Assembly (NCBI GenBank): GCA_965153455.1 | Contig: OZ234493.1 | Span: 12,762,213 to 12,826,212, forward strand | Direction of reading: 5' to 3' | Length of the DNA: 64,000 nt | From: Sphagnum compactum | Lineage: Eukaryota | Shown here: piece by piece, positions 26,901 through 41,240 of the stretch | How the letters are laid out: every line of letters begins with the position of its first letter | How positions within the stretch are numbered: the first letter of the stretch is position 1 | Notes under the pieces: generated by a model | Database searches by the model: none | What the model was told of the DNA's origin: nothing | What the model saw: only the letters and a program-made list of their open reading frames with translations | Program-made: the position numbers and the translations under genes

Positions 26901-29389
26901 CAATTCTTCCCAATCTTTTGATTCCAATCTATTTCCTAAATGCATCTGTTAAACTGCATTGAAATTAATGATTTTTTATTTTCAAAGCTTATGGATTAAG
27001 ATTGAAAACATCTAATTCAAAAACCAATTTGGAGGATAATTTGTGCATGAATAGAAAGAAATTTTACAAAGCCAATTTCAATCTCTTCAAGGTTGCTTGC
27101 CTTTGGGGTGAGGTAGTCAGTTGTATAGATGTTATTTAACATGTTAAAATGCAGATGAAGTGTACAAGACTCAATTTGAGAAAAAACATTAAATGCAATT
27201 AGGTATGGGGAAAATCGGTGTGTATAAAAACTTTAAAATAAAAAAACACTATCAAAAAACCCTTGGAATGTAAATATAATAACATAACAACAAAAGAAGA
27301 TATCCAAAACAAGAGAAGAATAACAACACGAGTAAGGCAAACCTAAAAAATGTTAGCCATGGTTGAGGATGAGAACTAGTGCATTTGTTTCAAAAACACA
27401 ATGCAAATGCACAAAATGGCACAAAATGTTTATATGTCTTTTAAGCATATGATTGAAAAATGAAACTTGTTACACAAAAGTGAAAAACTTGTAGGAATGC
27501 AAAAAAAAAAAGGAGAATAAAAAACAAAAGCTTTAATATGAGCTTCAAGTCTTAACAACTTGCTTAAGATCTCATACACATATGGGGTGACATGGTTTCA
27601 TTAACATCCAATATTTTGGACATTGTTCAAAGCCTTTTCCTCAACTCAAGAACTTCCCAGCACTTGTTTTAGGAGTTCTTCAAATAATCATTTTAACCTC
27701 AAAAGATAAAACATTTGATGTCAATAAGGTCAAAACACACTCAAAAGAGCCACTAGCATTACTTCATATTAGGATAACATGTCCTTTTTCCTCAAAATAA
27801 TTTTTTCATATGAATGAATTTTTGAGTGAATTTTTTTGCAACTTGTTTTTAAATGGTTAAGTTGCCCCAATAAATCACATTTTTTTGGGATCATTTTTGA
27901 ATAAATAGGAATTTGTAAAGTTTGTAGATTCTTTGTAAATTTTATGTTTTATTTTGAAAAATGATGATAATTTTAAATCACACCAAAAAAATGTTCATTA
28001 TTTTAAGGTTTGATTTCATGCATTATAAATTTCAATTTTTTTCAATACATCATGTACATTATACCCCATATATATGTGGTAAATCAATTTTGAAATTTTG
28101 AAACGTACTTTGAATTTTAAAATTTTAAAATTCCACATATTGAAAATTATGAATGTTTTCTTTTGTATATCTAATAGGTATTATCATTCAATATTTTTTA
28201 CCAGCAACTTACTTTTATTATATGAGTCCTTTGAAAGTTCTTTGTAAAAATGTCCTTTTTTAATGAAACAAATTTTTGTTTTCAAAAGTCTTTAACTAAA
28301 CTGAGACCCAAAATTGAATCAAATGGATTTTTAATTTGAGTTTCTTGACATTTATATGTGTTATAAAAGAATAACTTTCCATGATTACTATGGTTTCAAA
28401 TGGAATTTTTAAAAAAAAGTCTTTAAATTTTCATGGTAATTTTTGACACTCGATGGCCTTTTTGGTTCCTTTGAATGTGTTTTGACCTAATGGTTGAAAA
28501 TATGTGTGAAAAATAATTACCAAATATCATATGAAAATATAGGAGCAATTTTTTTTCCCCAATTTTGTGAAGTTGTTTGGGTGACAATTATCCAAGATTA
28601 TTTAGCCAACTTTGGCAATATTCAAAATATGAAAGATATAAAATTTTAAGCCCTTTTAAGGTTATAGGTAGTTGTGGCAATATTTGGCCAAAAAAAATAT
28701 GGTGATTTGAAAACCTCTATTTGTTGGATCATAATTTATTCAAGCCAAACATCATTAATATCTATTGTTGTATCATATGGTGACCTTTAAATCAAAGTTT
28801 TTCTCTAAATTTTCAACCTTTAAATGGTCATTTGTTAATTCTAAACTTTTGAAAAGTCCAGATGTACTTATATAAATTATTTGAACTTTTATTCTAAAGC
28901 TTGGGTGGGAAGTTGCATGGATGGGGAACTTATGCTTTGTTCCCATCATGGAGCTACAATTTCTAAATTCTAAACCTCAAACCTCTATCTCCTAAACCTT
29001 TCACTATCACATTTTGTTACTATGGAATTTAAGGTTGCTATAATAATGTGAGTTTTGATTTAATATATTGTTATTTCCTTTTCCAAATTTTCCCCAACTT
29101 CTTGCTAAAAGTGATGGTTTTTTCTTCATATCATATCTTGAGTGCTCATGATATCAACTCTATTGACCAAATCCCTCCAACATTTGCAGGATCTGACGAT
29201 AACTACAATATTGAAAATGTGTAACTATCTCATGGAGGTGTGGAGTTTGGAGTTGAAGATTCCAAAATTGTTGTTGTTGATGAATAATGTCATTGAAATG
29301 CACTTTCAAAATTTGTGAAAACAAAGAGTTGCTTGGAATTCACATTATTGCAATTCACCTATATAGGCATTTTTTAAGGTAGACAATAA

Positions 29390-30430
29390 TCAACCTATGG
29401 ATCTTTCTCAAAACCCAATGATGAAATGCATTATTTGCCGCAATGATAAAATTCCACTTGAAATCTTGGCAATGTGCACTAGATGTAAGAAATGTTTCAA
29501 TGCATACCATAAGTCTAATGGCATAACAACCATGCAAAATCATGTTAAAATTAACCATTCTACCTTATTGAAAAAATTGTTAAAAGATGGAAGTAATGCC
29601 CTAAGATTTCTTCCTAATCATGAATCTAACAAAAGAAAGGCACATGTATCTCCAACTATAATTTCTAGTTTTTAAAATAAGTGAATTTAAAAAATGATAC
29701 AACACAAATGGGTCTTTGGGAGGATTTAATATTGTTTGTGGTTAAGGAACTCCTACCTATGAAGATTATTGAGTCAATTTGGCTCTAGAGTAACATATAG
29801 GTTATTTCCATAGGTTGTCTTCGCATCCAAGAAATTTTTGTTAAAGATATTTTGTTGAAGTTGGTTGAAAAAACCATGCTTATGTATGTCTAACTTGCAT
29901 TTGCCAATTGTTTATCAACCACTTGCACATTTGACTTATGGATGTCAAAAGGAGCACACGATGGGGTTGTTGTTATCAATTGTTAATTTTATTTCATGTG
30001 ACTAAGAGGCAAAACATATCACTATTGGATTGTTTGAAGTGACAAATGCAAGTGATGCAATTATGGTTCTTAAATTACAAGAGTTGTTGAATAGGTGTTC
30101 CATGATTGAAAAAATTGTTGCTTATATTAAAGATGAAGGGTTCAACTTGTAGACCTAGGCAAATGCCTTGACTTCTATTTTATCATGTAATAACTTGGCC
30201 TTTTTAGAGCATTAGATGGCTTGTGTTTGGGGCATGCATTTTCAAAGATGTGCTAATACACTATTACACATGAAAAAGTGTCTATTGGTATGCCTTGTGC
30301 ATCTATAAAGGTTGTTTAATCTCCCATTTAGAAATGTATTACATGGCCCAAAAAAGTTGGCAAGGGTAGGCAAGCATGGGACAAAGCTTGCATTGAATTT
30401 AGATTGAGGCCTATAAAATTAAGCATACCC
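29390..30430 (+). pseudogene. Degenerate hAT-superfamily DNA transposase (BED-like zinc finger plus RNase H-like core)
   Basis: KCIICR...YHKSNGITTMQNHVKINH (BED-like); TCTFDLWMSKGAHD; KHITIGLFEV; IVAYIKDEGFNL; CLGHAFSKMC (CxxH); KCITWPKK. Interrupted by stops and frameshifts. Confidence 0.75.
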
Positions 30431-32749
30431 TTTTAAACTACTTTTTGACTATTTTGTGGTTTCTTTGACATTTATGATTACTTTCTTTATATTTTATGAA
30501 TTTTTCTTTGATTATTTAATAGTTTCGTGGTTTTGATTAGATTTTGATTGTTTATGTGGTTCACTAATGTTACTTATTTTGTTTTTATTGTTATCATAGA
30601 TTTGCAAGTTAGGTATTGTTTTGGAATGCCATTGCATTATGTTATAGTCAACAATTTGTGACATTACAATGTTGTGTACCATCTCTATTAACTAAAGACA
30701 TGTTTCAAAGGATTAGGTGTAAATAGAAGGCCGATGGCTCAACAAAAGGTTCATGAGTTGAGGATTCAAGAGAAATGACAAATGAAGAAATAGGCATGAT
30801 AATTACTGAAAGATCGCCCTACCTTCATTGCTTCACAAGCACACCTTTGAGCACAAAACAAGGTATTAAAAAGAAATTAAAGAAAACACAAAAAGTTCAA
30901 AGTTTAGAATTTGAGCATGAGAGCTCAAAGTGAGAGTTCAAGGTTGTTGAAATTGCAAGATGCACCTTAAACAAAATGTGAATGTAAAGAGATGTGACAA
31001 GTGAAGACCTAAAGCCACATACCAAAAGAGAGTTCCCGAAAAAAAGAGTAATTCTTTTGGTTCATTGATAGATGCACATTGCTCCATGCTTCCTAAAGCT
31101 TGATTTGGTTTTTGTATATGGTACTTTACAATAACCAATACGTTACATTCATGTAACATCATTGTAAATTTTCACGATGCATTGTAAACATTGCAAAGAC
31201 AAAAAGATGACAATAACGAAAAGTGTAAGAAACGAGAAAAAACAAGACAACCAAAGCACATACCGAAACTACAAAACACAAAACGTAACCCTAATTAAGA
31301 CTATGCTACCTATTAAAAGGATATGAATCGAAGTTTTTGGTAGATACCCTCCATTTTTTATTCCCTTTAAGTTGAGTCCGGTTACATATATTTGATTTTA
31401 CGAAAGAGCCCGTTATGAGACGGAGGAAGCAAATAACTTTCACATCATAACAATTACTTTCCGGATTTTTTTCCCCCAAAAAGAGTAATCTCACAACAAA
31501 GTTATCAGTAAAGTCACCCTCTCTTTCACCCCCTATCCCCTCTTTGAGTGGTATCTGCAAAGTAATGAAATTTTTATTAAATCTCAGAGATACAAGAGAT
31601 TTGTGACCATTAAGGAACAAGCCATCGACCACCAAAGTCCTTCTTGATAAGAAAGTCAGTTCCTCTATTGGCTCCGAATTGTGGAGTATCCACTCATTCC
31701 CGAGGGGCACGCCAACACCGCACGACAAATTGTCAACATGCACACGACTCTAGGCGCCAAGGACTGGGTTTGGTAGCATTATTCTGTCTTTCGTGCATGG
31801 CTTATTGGGGGGAATGTCACACCAAAGGTGACTATAGTAAAAGGCGACTTTGGTAGAATATGATGAGTTTTGATGCGTTTCACCTGATTTGGAATAAAAA
31901 GAAAAATGATTAACGATATGGGACAATCATAGAATACTGAAGTTCCTTGGTGTCTTCAGCATAAATTATAATTATTTTTAGAAATAGTGAAAATAATTTC
32001 CAAAAAAAATTACTTTTGTCAAAGAACACAATTTTTTTGTGAAGGAAAATGAAAAAATCATTTCGGAATATTTGGGAATATTCTGTTTGGAAAAAGGGAA
32101 TCTTCATATTTATTTATTTGTTTATTTATTTATTTATCTATTTATTTATTCATTCGGCAGAGATGTGCTAGGGTATTCCCCGGAGCCCCTTTAGCTTGGT
32201 GAACTTAGGGCCTGGTCGAACATAGCAACAAAGTATTGGAAGATGGATGGAGAAGGGTTAACTTGTATCATCCGCACATAACATAGGCAATGCGAAAAAC
32301 CTTGTGGAAGGCAAACTTTTTTGTTTTGTTTTTCATCCATTTCTATTTGGAGGAGCTTGGTGAATTCATTCACCACACTTTGGCTCTCGTGCACCTCAAG
32401 TACCCACCACCGCACATGCCAAGGTTTGATGGGATATGATAAATTTCCTCACTCACTCTCTCTTGAGGGATGATAAGTTTGCCCATCAACATTGATGTGA
32501 GCCAAACAGAACAAATGAATTAATTTTTAAAAAAAAAATCTTACATGTGAAAATTACATAATGTGTAAATGGACAAAGCCCATACAAAGCTCCTTAGGGG
32601 ATAGATATATTTAGTGTCTTCCCAAGAGAATCATGTGGGTGCTAACCATGTGAGTGCTATTAGAGCCCATTGCATTTGCAAATTTCACAATTGGGTTGTT
32701 CAATATCTTCTTCCATTGTTAGTTGAATGTGTATGTATGTGGATATGTC

Positions 32750-33075
32750 GGCCTTGGTAGGTCAAGGCAAAAAGGATATTGTGTTTAGATTCATTATAGA
32801 GTATAGTAGCTTAAGGGATTTTTATAAGCTCTTATGCAATAGGCCTATTTTTATATGAGGATCTTTGAAAGATGATATTTTGGCTTGTGTTGAAACTTGA
32901 GATTAGTTATAGAGTTATGATATCTTGAAGGATTTTGGATTCTTTTAGAGGATTTTTTTTTTGAAGATTATATTTTTTTTTGCATGGTGAAATATTTGAG
33001 TTTCCAAAATTCTTCTTTTGACTTAACATACTTTTAATGTAAATGGCAAGGCCACAATGTGACACATCCCTTGTT
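32750..33075 (+). mobile_element. HINE-like repeat family, copy 3
   Basis: Family core; ends atggcaaggccacaatgtgacacatcccttgtt. Confidence 0.88.
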
Positions 33076-33339
33076 CTCTTTTGGTGTTTGTCCCCACCCT
33101 CGTTTTAGCACCTTGTGATGGGGTTGGATTCTCTCCCTTTCTTTCTTGGGTGCTTTCTATTTATAAAGTTTGGCACATTTGGATTGCCTTGAAGAAGAGG
33201 GAGAGAGAAAAGACAAATGCCTTAGTTGGTATTCCTAAATAAGAGTCTCTTCAACAAAGGGCTACACTTCTCCTTTGTAAATGGAGGGCTCTATGCACCA
33301 CTCCTCTCCTATTCAGCAAATGGCATGGCTCCCAAGTTC

Positions 33340-34590
33340 TGCTTTTGTTCTTTTTGCAATGGGCTTGCCAAGAAAAAACTGAAACTTGGGAAGCTCCCCC
33401 AAAATAGCACTTTCTATGTGAGGATGGAGTGCCTCTCCCCTTTGGCTCACCTATATAGGGGAGAAGGGGAAAGCTTTGAGCAAAGGAAATGGGATAAAGT
33501 GAGGTGCTATTGGAAACACCCTTAGGGAACATCATGGGAACCCATTGGGAACTTGAGAAACATCATTAAGAACATAGGGGACAGACTGGGAACACAAGAA
33601 TAAAAAAAAGTCCATCCTCACACCTATCACCCCCCTCCCCCTCACCCCCAAACCCTAATATTTTTCTATTTGCTTGGTAAAACATAGACTAGTTATTTTG
33701 ATGAAGAAGAGAGTAAAACATTTTGCAATATTTGAACATTTAACATTTGTTCATGTTTATGTGTGTTTTCTTTTTTTGGGGTGAGAATGAAAGTTTTCAT
33801 GTCACATTGCATTTTTTAATGCTTATAAAAATAACACCGAACCATAATGAAGTCCAATTGTGTTGGACAATATGTTTAAATGTCAAACACGGACAAACCA
33901 CTCTATCCAAACATTCAATCATACTCAACAAGTGGCCAACTACCCAAAAGCAAGTCATTTTGTTTTGTCAAGAAAATCTTTTGACACCCACAATATCTAT
34001 CCTACACAAATTTCAAGAGAAATGAGCCCATTTTAAAACACCTCTGAAATGTTGTTGACTTCATCCAAAATTTTACATACAAAACCAATTTTATTATGCC
34101 ATTGGAGATGAGAGCATCTCCACCCACAGCTATGGTGAAGACGAGCACCTACACTCATACTTTCACCTTTCTTGAGTAAGGCCTCCTAGAGCTTATAATT
34201 AATGGAGGAAATGTTTAGTTTGGACTTTAGAGACCTAGATTTAGTCTAGGGTTTAAATTTGGGAAGCATCCAACATAGAGTGCTAATTATTTCTTACTTC
34301 TATTAATTAGTTGGGAGGTGTACCCAAAGTTTTCTTTTTCTCCGTTTTGGTTCCAAGAGCCACTTTGATTGGCCTAATACCAATTTTTAGAAACATCGAA
34401 CACTCCCCCCCCCCCCCCCCCCCCCCCCCCCCAAATCTTAAAAGCCCATCGTGTGCTCCCGTTTGGCCCACATTTATAGTGTGTGTGTGTGTGTGTATAA
34501 GAAAGTTCAAGTATGGCCAAAGCATATGGGATAAAAAGTGTGGTGCTATTGGAACTTGATGGGAACAAGTTGGGAACATACCGAAAGAAA
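33340..34590 (+). repeat. Two diverged copies (~33340-33600 and ~34340-34590) of another interspersed repeat
   Basis: Shared tttggc.cac.t.tatag ... atgggataaa(aa)gtg.ggtgctattggaa ... gggaac repeats. Confidence 0.55.
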
Positions 34591-34731
34591 GGAAAAAAAA
34601 AAAGAGTCAAGCTGGAGATCTCAAAATAAACATGCAATTCACAAGCTGAGTTGACAAAAAAAAAAACTTCGGGGACATGTATTTGAAACATGACAAGACC
34701 CACAAATTATTATTATGTACATACTTTTGTT

Positions 34732-35096
34732 GGCCTTGCCTACCAAGACAAGGATATTGTGTTTAGATTCAATACAGAGTATAGTAGTAACTTAAGGGAT
34801 TTTTATAGGCCCCTAGGTAATAATAATTAATAATAGGTCTATTTTTATATGGGGATTTTTGAAAGATAATATTTTGGCTTGTATTGAAACTTGAGATTAG
34901 TTATTATAGAGTTATAATATGATATTGAAGGATTTTTGGTTTGCTTTAGAGGATTTTTTTTTTTGAAGGTTATATTTTTGCATGGTGAAATAGGTATTTG
35001 AGTTTCCATAATTCTTCTTCTTCTTTTGCCTTAAGATAACTTTTTTAATGTAAATGGCAGGGCCAGAGTATGACACACCCCCCCCCACCTCTTGTT
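34732..35096 (+). mobile_element. HINE-like repeat family, copy 4
   Basis: Begins ggccttgcctaccaagacaagg, contains (aat)n, ends ggcagggccagagtatgacacaccc...cttgtt. Confidence 0.88.
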
Positions 35097-35684
35097 ATTA
35101 TTATTAGGGTTGCTTACTTTAGGCAACAAAGAGGGTGAGCATTGCTACTGCCCCAGTAGCCTAAATGGGACAAGCTGGTGGACTAGTTTGTCAACCTAGC
35201 AAGCCATTGATGGCTGTAGAAAAAGAGAGCTCAGCCCAGAGTTAGCTAGCCCTAATAGCCTAGTCACCTCTGAAGCAACCATCCATATGCATCACACATT
35301 TAGTAGGTACTAGCCTAGTAAGCCACCCATCCATCCACTAGTGCCTTAAATACTTACCTACATAACACGGTTCACCATCTACCACTACCACTAGTGGGTA
35401 CTCGTGACCTTCGGACATTGTGAAGTCCCCCGGTTTCTTTAAACCAAGAGAGACACACACAAAGGCGCAAAGCAGCTATTTTTTAATTTATTTTTATTGT
35501 TTTTGACGAAATTTCGTTGAAAAGTCCCCCATGAAAACATACATGGAGGGAATGTCTGATATATATAAAAGCCCCATTTTAGTCTAATCCAACCCATCCC
35601 CTTGGACGAAACCAAAGCCCAAGCCTTGAAAAAAAATTGGGAGTCCAAAGGAGACCCCGAAGAACCCCATACCCACAAGAAGAA

Positions 35685-38600
35685 TCACTGCAGCACCTCG
35701 CGGTAGACCACATTACTGGTGTAAACGCCAGCAGGGGCCCCATTCAGAGCCGCCCTGCTGCCACCCCGTACCAGCACCCGGACGCCCCGCCGTGAGCCGC
35801 ACCGAGAGAAAGCCACATAAAGCTGCCCGTGGCAAAAAACAGGCTTCGGCAGGTACACCCCCACTGTCTACAGTGTCTGCCCCTGGGCCTTGTTGATAGT
35901 CATGGCAAATGCGGGCCGCAACTGGAACTGTTGCCGGCGGAGAGTAAAAGGCATCCTTTCCGTGTCAGAGGGAGTGATGCTGAGGTGGGGAATGAAAACG
36001 CGCCTACCCTTGTCCGGTCCTGTGACAATGTCAGCATCAATTATGTGCTGCATCAGCTTGACCGCGATAAGCCAAGTGCCATTTGTAAGGCCGCCCGGCA
36101 TATTCCGCAGCAAAATCACCGGGCAGCCTTCCTACAAGGTCAAAGTGTGGGGTGGCACCCCTGACATGCTGAGGGAGTTTAGAAACTCAGTGGGGTAAAC
36201 CCCTCTCTGTTCGCCTTGCACAATAGAATCAGCGCTCTGGTACGTGTGGTGCTGTGCTGGTGGGTCATCAGGTGTGATGAGGTCAAACCGATTCATGATG
36301 GCGGTGTTGATGCTGTCAACGTTCTCGTTCAAAGGAGTTAAAATGGCCCTCTAAATGATGTGCTCATTGCGTGACTGCGAGTCTGTGAAGCGGCCAAGGT
36401 CGCCGTAAACTTCATCCACCAGGCTATCAATGGTGTCACCCTGGCAGCACATGTCTTCTGGGATCAAAACAGCCTCCTCCCCAACTTCAGGAAAGACTTG
36501 CTCTGTGCCCTCCCCAATGCGTTGCAAGTAGTCTGCCCAAGCTTGCTGTTGTTGGGCATCGACCGCGGCGTTGGCTCCGCCCTGTGCCAAAAGCCTCTGA
36601 ACACGCATGTTTTCATGCAGGTGACGCACTTTAACACGGTGCCAAAGGATTGCAGACCTCTAGAGACTGGCATCCACAATTTGGCCTCTCGTGCCCCGGG
36701 GAACCACAGGCAATAGCTGCCTAAAATCACCTCCCATGACAACAACCTTGCCCCCAAAAAGCATGTCCTTTAAGGCAGGGTCAACAGCACCCATAACATG
36801 CTGGAGCGTGCGGTTCACAGCCTCAAACACATGCTTGTGGGCCATGGGTGCCTCATCCCACACAATGAGGCGTGCAGCCCGAATCAAGGCCGCTTGTGGA
36901 GTGTTCAGGGGAACATAGCAAGCAGAGGAGCCACAAAGGCCTGCTATGGGAATTTTGAAACGTGAGTGAGCTGTGCAGTCGCCCTCCAAAAGCAGGGCTG
37001 CAATGCTAGAAGATGCCATCGACAACGCTATGTCACCAGTAGAGCGCACCTTGTTGAGTAGGCACCCGTAGAGGAAAGTCTTGCCAGCCCCTCCCAGCCC
37101 ATCAACAAAAAAGGTTTTGTCCACCGGCCTGGGGTCATGGACCGCGTCAATGACATTGTCGTAAATGGAACGCTGGTGCTGATTTAGCAAAGGCACATCC
37201 CGAGCAAGCTGCTGAGCTTGCCGCGTCACATTGTACCTGGCCCGCTCCTCGGATATAGCGGCGTCCCCCGGGGCGGCCAGCTGTGCCGGGATAGGTAGCT
37301 CAAAATCCTCTAGGGTTTTCCCCCCTTGGGCCTGCAACAGCTACTCCACTTCCCGCAAGCCCTGGTCAAGAATGGCCTGGTCCAGCTGCCGGTTGGGCGT
37401 TACCTGCGCGACGCAATCGGGGGCGGGGGGGGTTCTAATCCAGAAGTGCACATTTATTCATGCTTACAGCTGGCAAGGAAATCTGGTCTGCAATAGGATC
37501 CAGCAGCTCGTTGAACACCACCTCGAGGAGCTTGGCCTTAGGTTCAACAGACGCATCCAGCGGGATTTGCAGCACCAATATGTGATAAGACTCATTAAAT
37601 AAAATGTGTGGAATGATGTTGAGGGAGCAGCTTTCTAGTACATTGAATCCAACAATCGGCCATTCAATAGAGAAGTTTCCAGGCAACAGTTCAAAGAAGA
37701 CAACAGAGCACAACTTATACCATCACAACCCAACGAAAGGGAGGCTTGCAATTTCCTTTGTGGAGGCCTTTTGGCCACTCACTCGTGCTTGGTGCAGGAA
37801 ATCCTCCGTAAGGGCTCCCTTATGCCTGTCCCACAGCCGCCCAGGATTGGTGACGTTGTTGAAAATCAGTAGGCTAGTAAAAAGCTGCTGCAAGCTTTTG
37901 GGGAGTTGCAAGCCAGCAGCTTCTGAAAGGCACTCATCCCATTCAGCATCATCTTGCAGCAAGCCACGTGCAAGGCAGGCAGCTTTAAAAGTAGGGTGCA
38001 CAACTGTGGTAGGCGTGTGGGGCCAGTGGGTAATTCTGAGGTCCTCAAAGCATGTGGCCCCTGCAACGTGGGTAAGCAAAACTCGCAGATAATAACGCTC
38101 GCCCTCTGAGGGTTGCACAAAATACATGCGCCCCACAGTTCCCAATGTGACATGATTGTTTCGGCCTGCACCCCGCCACCCCGCTGCCCTTTTCTGCAGG
38201 TGCCACGCCTTTTTGGATTTGCTCCACACAGCGATTTCGGGATAATCTAGGTATAGTGTGGTCAGCACAGCAGGCAGTGGCGGTGCAGGGTCGTTGCTGT
38301 TGCGAGCCAAAGTGGTTGCAGCCGCGTATTCAAATTTGGCCTTTCGGTTGAAGTCACACCACCCAGTCAAAGTGGTGGAGTTGTTGCGCATCATGGCTTC
38401 CCCAACCGTGGTCCCCTCAGGAAAGTAAGTGGTCTGCTCATTAGGTAGATGAATAGCCAAGCGGTAAACATTGGGGTGCATGCCGTGCAAGTCAAAGGCA
38501 AAAAGCCGATGGCAGACTTTGCTGGCACTGACATACTGCCCATCGAGGTAATTTTGGACTTCATCCCGGGCGGCAGGCACATTGTTCCCATCGGCCCCAC

Positions 38601-41240
38601 CTGCAGCCGCTTGAGGCGCTGCAGCCGGCAGAGCCCCAGCTTCCGGCTGCACCACTGCCAAAGCACGGTCGTGACCCTTGTAAACATATTTGTAAAGGTA
38701 ATTCACAGCCGTGATGGAGCTGCAGACCTCAACATTGATGTGGAACTTGCACCGCATGGTTAGGTAGGCTTTGTACGGGACGACCCAACGGTTGTCAAAG
38801 ACAAAGCCCGAGCTGCAAGGGGGAGGGGGCAGCAACAAGAAGTTATCAGTCACCTTAGCGTCCCTTTCTCGCAGGTTTGGCTTCGCCTTTCTTTCACATC
38901 ATCATGCTTGAGGTGAAGTTTGGGACGCCTAAGAATCTAGAAGAAATGAGTTTCCAGGGCAGACTTAGACACAGACACTTATGGTCAGATGCATAGGAGA
39001 GCAACTCACTTACCAAATTTCCAATAGCTGCACTTACGTGGGGTGGGTGAAGGTCCTGCCGTCGTCCTGTCGCTGGTAGGTTGGGTAGCTGCCGGTGGAG
39101 TCCTCAGTTTGGGGTTGGAAAGTCTTGGGATAACCCTTGCTGCAAGCCCCATTCACCATGCAAGGACATGAGGGATGTAAGGCCCCACAGGGCCCATGCA
39201 ACATGCGAGATGTCACAATGTTGTAAAGCTCGGGGTTGGTGGATTTGTCTGGAAGCTCGGCACACACGATCCGGTCATAATCGCTGCTGTCACGCGGCTT
39301 GTCCTGGCTGCGTAGAATGATCAAAATGTGACCGTGCGGCAAGCTCCGCTTCTGCCATTCTACCACATGGATGTCCGCCACCGCAGTGCCCAAAACACCA
39401 TGCTGCAACAGGTCTTTGAGGAGGGCATTAAGCTTCATGTTGAACACCCTTAATGTTAAGTTAGGGCGGTCGTTGGCTTCCTCCTCAGGCCTTAGCTCAT
39501 GCAGAATCTTTGGCCAATTTGGGTTGCACGTCATGGTTATGAATAGGTCAGGTTTCCCAAACTTTCTGACCAAGGCCATGGAATCCTGGTAGAGCTAGTT
39601 CATGTGGCGGGGGCTACCAGCAAAACTGGCTGGAAGGACCACCATGCGCCCAAAGTTGGTGCTGTTAGCCCCGTCTTGCTGCATGGCATCTACCATTGCT
39701 TTATATTGGTCAGCACGCAGGGTGGTCTGGTGGAGGCGCACCCACCGCAGCCGCTGCCCCTCAACCTTGGAGTACTGGTCAACCACCCACTCTTGATATA
39801 GCCTCTTGCCATAAGTGAACGTGCTGTTGGTGGGAGGGTTGCGGTCATGCATGAAGTAAGCCGCGTATTCCCTGGCAGTAACCTTGCGAGCGATGCGCCC
39901 TGCGGCAGCTCCTCTGCCTCGGCCCCTACCCCTACCACGACCCCTGCCCCTACCCCTGCCCCTACCTCCACCACGCCCGAGGTCCACTGTCGGCTCCGCA
40001 TTAGGCTGCTGCTCATCTTCAGATGGCTGCTGTTGTTCGTCCTCAGATCTTAGCCCATCCACAACCGCAGGGGTAGCGCCAGTAATATTTGGGTGCCAGC
40101 CAGGCTCTCTGTGTGGGTGGTACAGGACAAAATGCAGAGGGTCATAAACACAGTGGGCATCACTAATCCTCCATAACCCCCCGCCCTTAGCCCGCACCTT
40201 GATGTTTCGTGGATTGCTACCTTTAGGGTCACCGTCTGGGTCACCATCGCCTGTGAGCAGGCACAAAAGGGATTAGATGATGGAAGGAACGTGCTGTCGA
40301 GGAACATAGCAATTAGGACGGCCAGCACCATAAAAAACAACACAGAATGGGGCACCAAAAAGCAGCCATGCAGCAACCCCATTCACTCACCAGGCATCAG
40401 GCCGGCCACGTCGCTGGATGTGGGGGCATTGTAGCGGCGGCGGTCAACGCTGCCATCAACACGGATGACAATCTCATAGTTAGCCAGGTCTTGAGGGGGC
40501 AAATCCATGGCCTACACAAAGCGTTGAACATAGACATTGCTCCCCAAAAGCATCTGCTGCAGCTCCTGTAAAGTGCGACGATCCAGGTCTACGTTGCCCT
40601 GATCGAGAGTAGCAAAACGGGCAACAGCCTTAGCATCCGCATTGTCTATGATATACAGCTGGGCAAACTGATGGGGGCTCCCTTGAGGAGGTGCCAACGG
40701 CCCCAGCAAATGATGCACAGCGCCCCTTATGGCAATCATACTGACCCCATCTGCGGGTGACTGGATGTTAATGCCAGAGGAGGCCATCTGCAAGGAGGAA
40801 TTGTATTTCCGGATGTGCTTGCGAAAAGATACGGTGGCAGGGGGGAGGGGTGCACCAGGAGCAGGCTCAGAAGTGAGCAGGTCCCGCAATGGTTGAGGAG
40901 GAGGAATGGGGAAGAGGGCCTCACAGCTACAAGATCTGCCTTTAGCACAGCAAAGGTCTGCGTGTCCTCGGGAAGCCTCATCAGGCCAAATCATAGCTCG
41001 GCACTGCTGGCACTCAGCTGTCCTACCCCCTATGTCAAACACCGTTACACTGGCCTCATCAAATTCTGAAAGGGGGACGCAGGCTGCTGTGTGCAAAGCT
41101 TGTTAACCTCGCGCCTGCTGGTGCCGCTCGTAGTCGCGGTCCCGCTGCTGCTGGCGCTGCTGGTATGTCAACCGGGCATGGGCCTCTGCGTGCTGCTCGC
41201 GGTCGCAGTCCCGCTGTTGCTGCCGGGCTGCGGTGGACAT
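35685..41240 (-). pseudogene. Helitron RepHel (Zn finger + HUH Rep + Pif1-like helicase), ~1600 codons. Exons 41240-40391, 40250-39038, 38812-37783, 37403-35685; start codon uncertain; 8 internal stops
   Basis: CQQCRAMIWPDE..CCAKG; LFITMTCNPNW; VEWQKRSLPHGHILI (HUH); YLYKYVYKG; DGLGGAGKTFL (Walker A); TAHSRFKIP; IVWDEAPM; GGDFRQLLPV; RRQQFQLRPAFAMTINKAQGQTL; HGQLYVAFSR; TSNVVYREVL then TGA. Three GT-AG introns keep phase. Confidence 0.93.

Noticed and set aside
31859-31890. ATGATGA...CTGA box C/D-like pair
   Set aside because: Only ~30 nt apart, too short for a snoRNA, with no recognisable guide.
34405-34432. Long poly-C tract and other microsatellites ((AG)n ~7588, (TA)n ~58130, (AAT)n ~158)
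   Set aside because: Common simple repeats; the poly-Pro/Gly ORFs they create are not credible genes.
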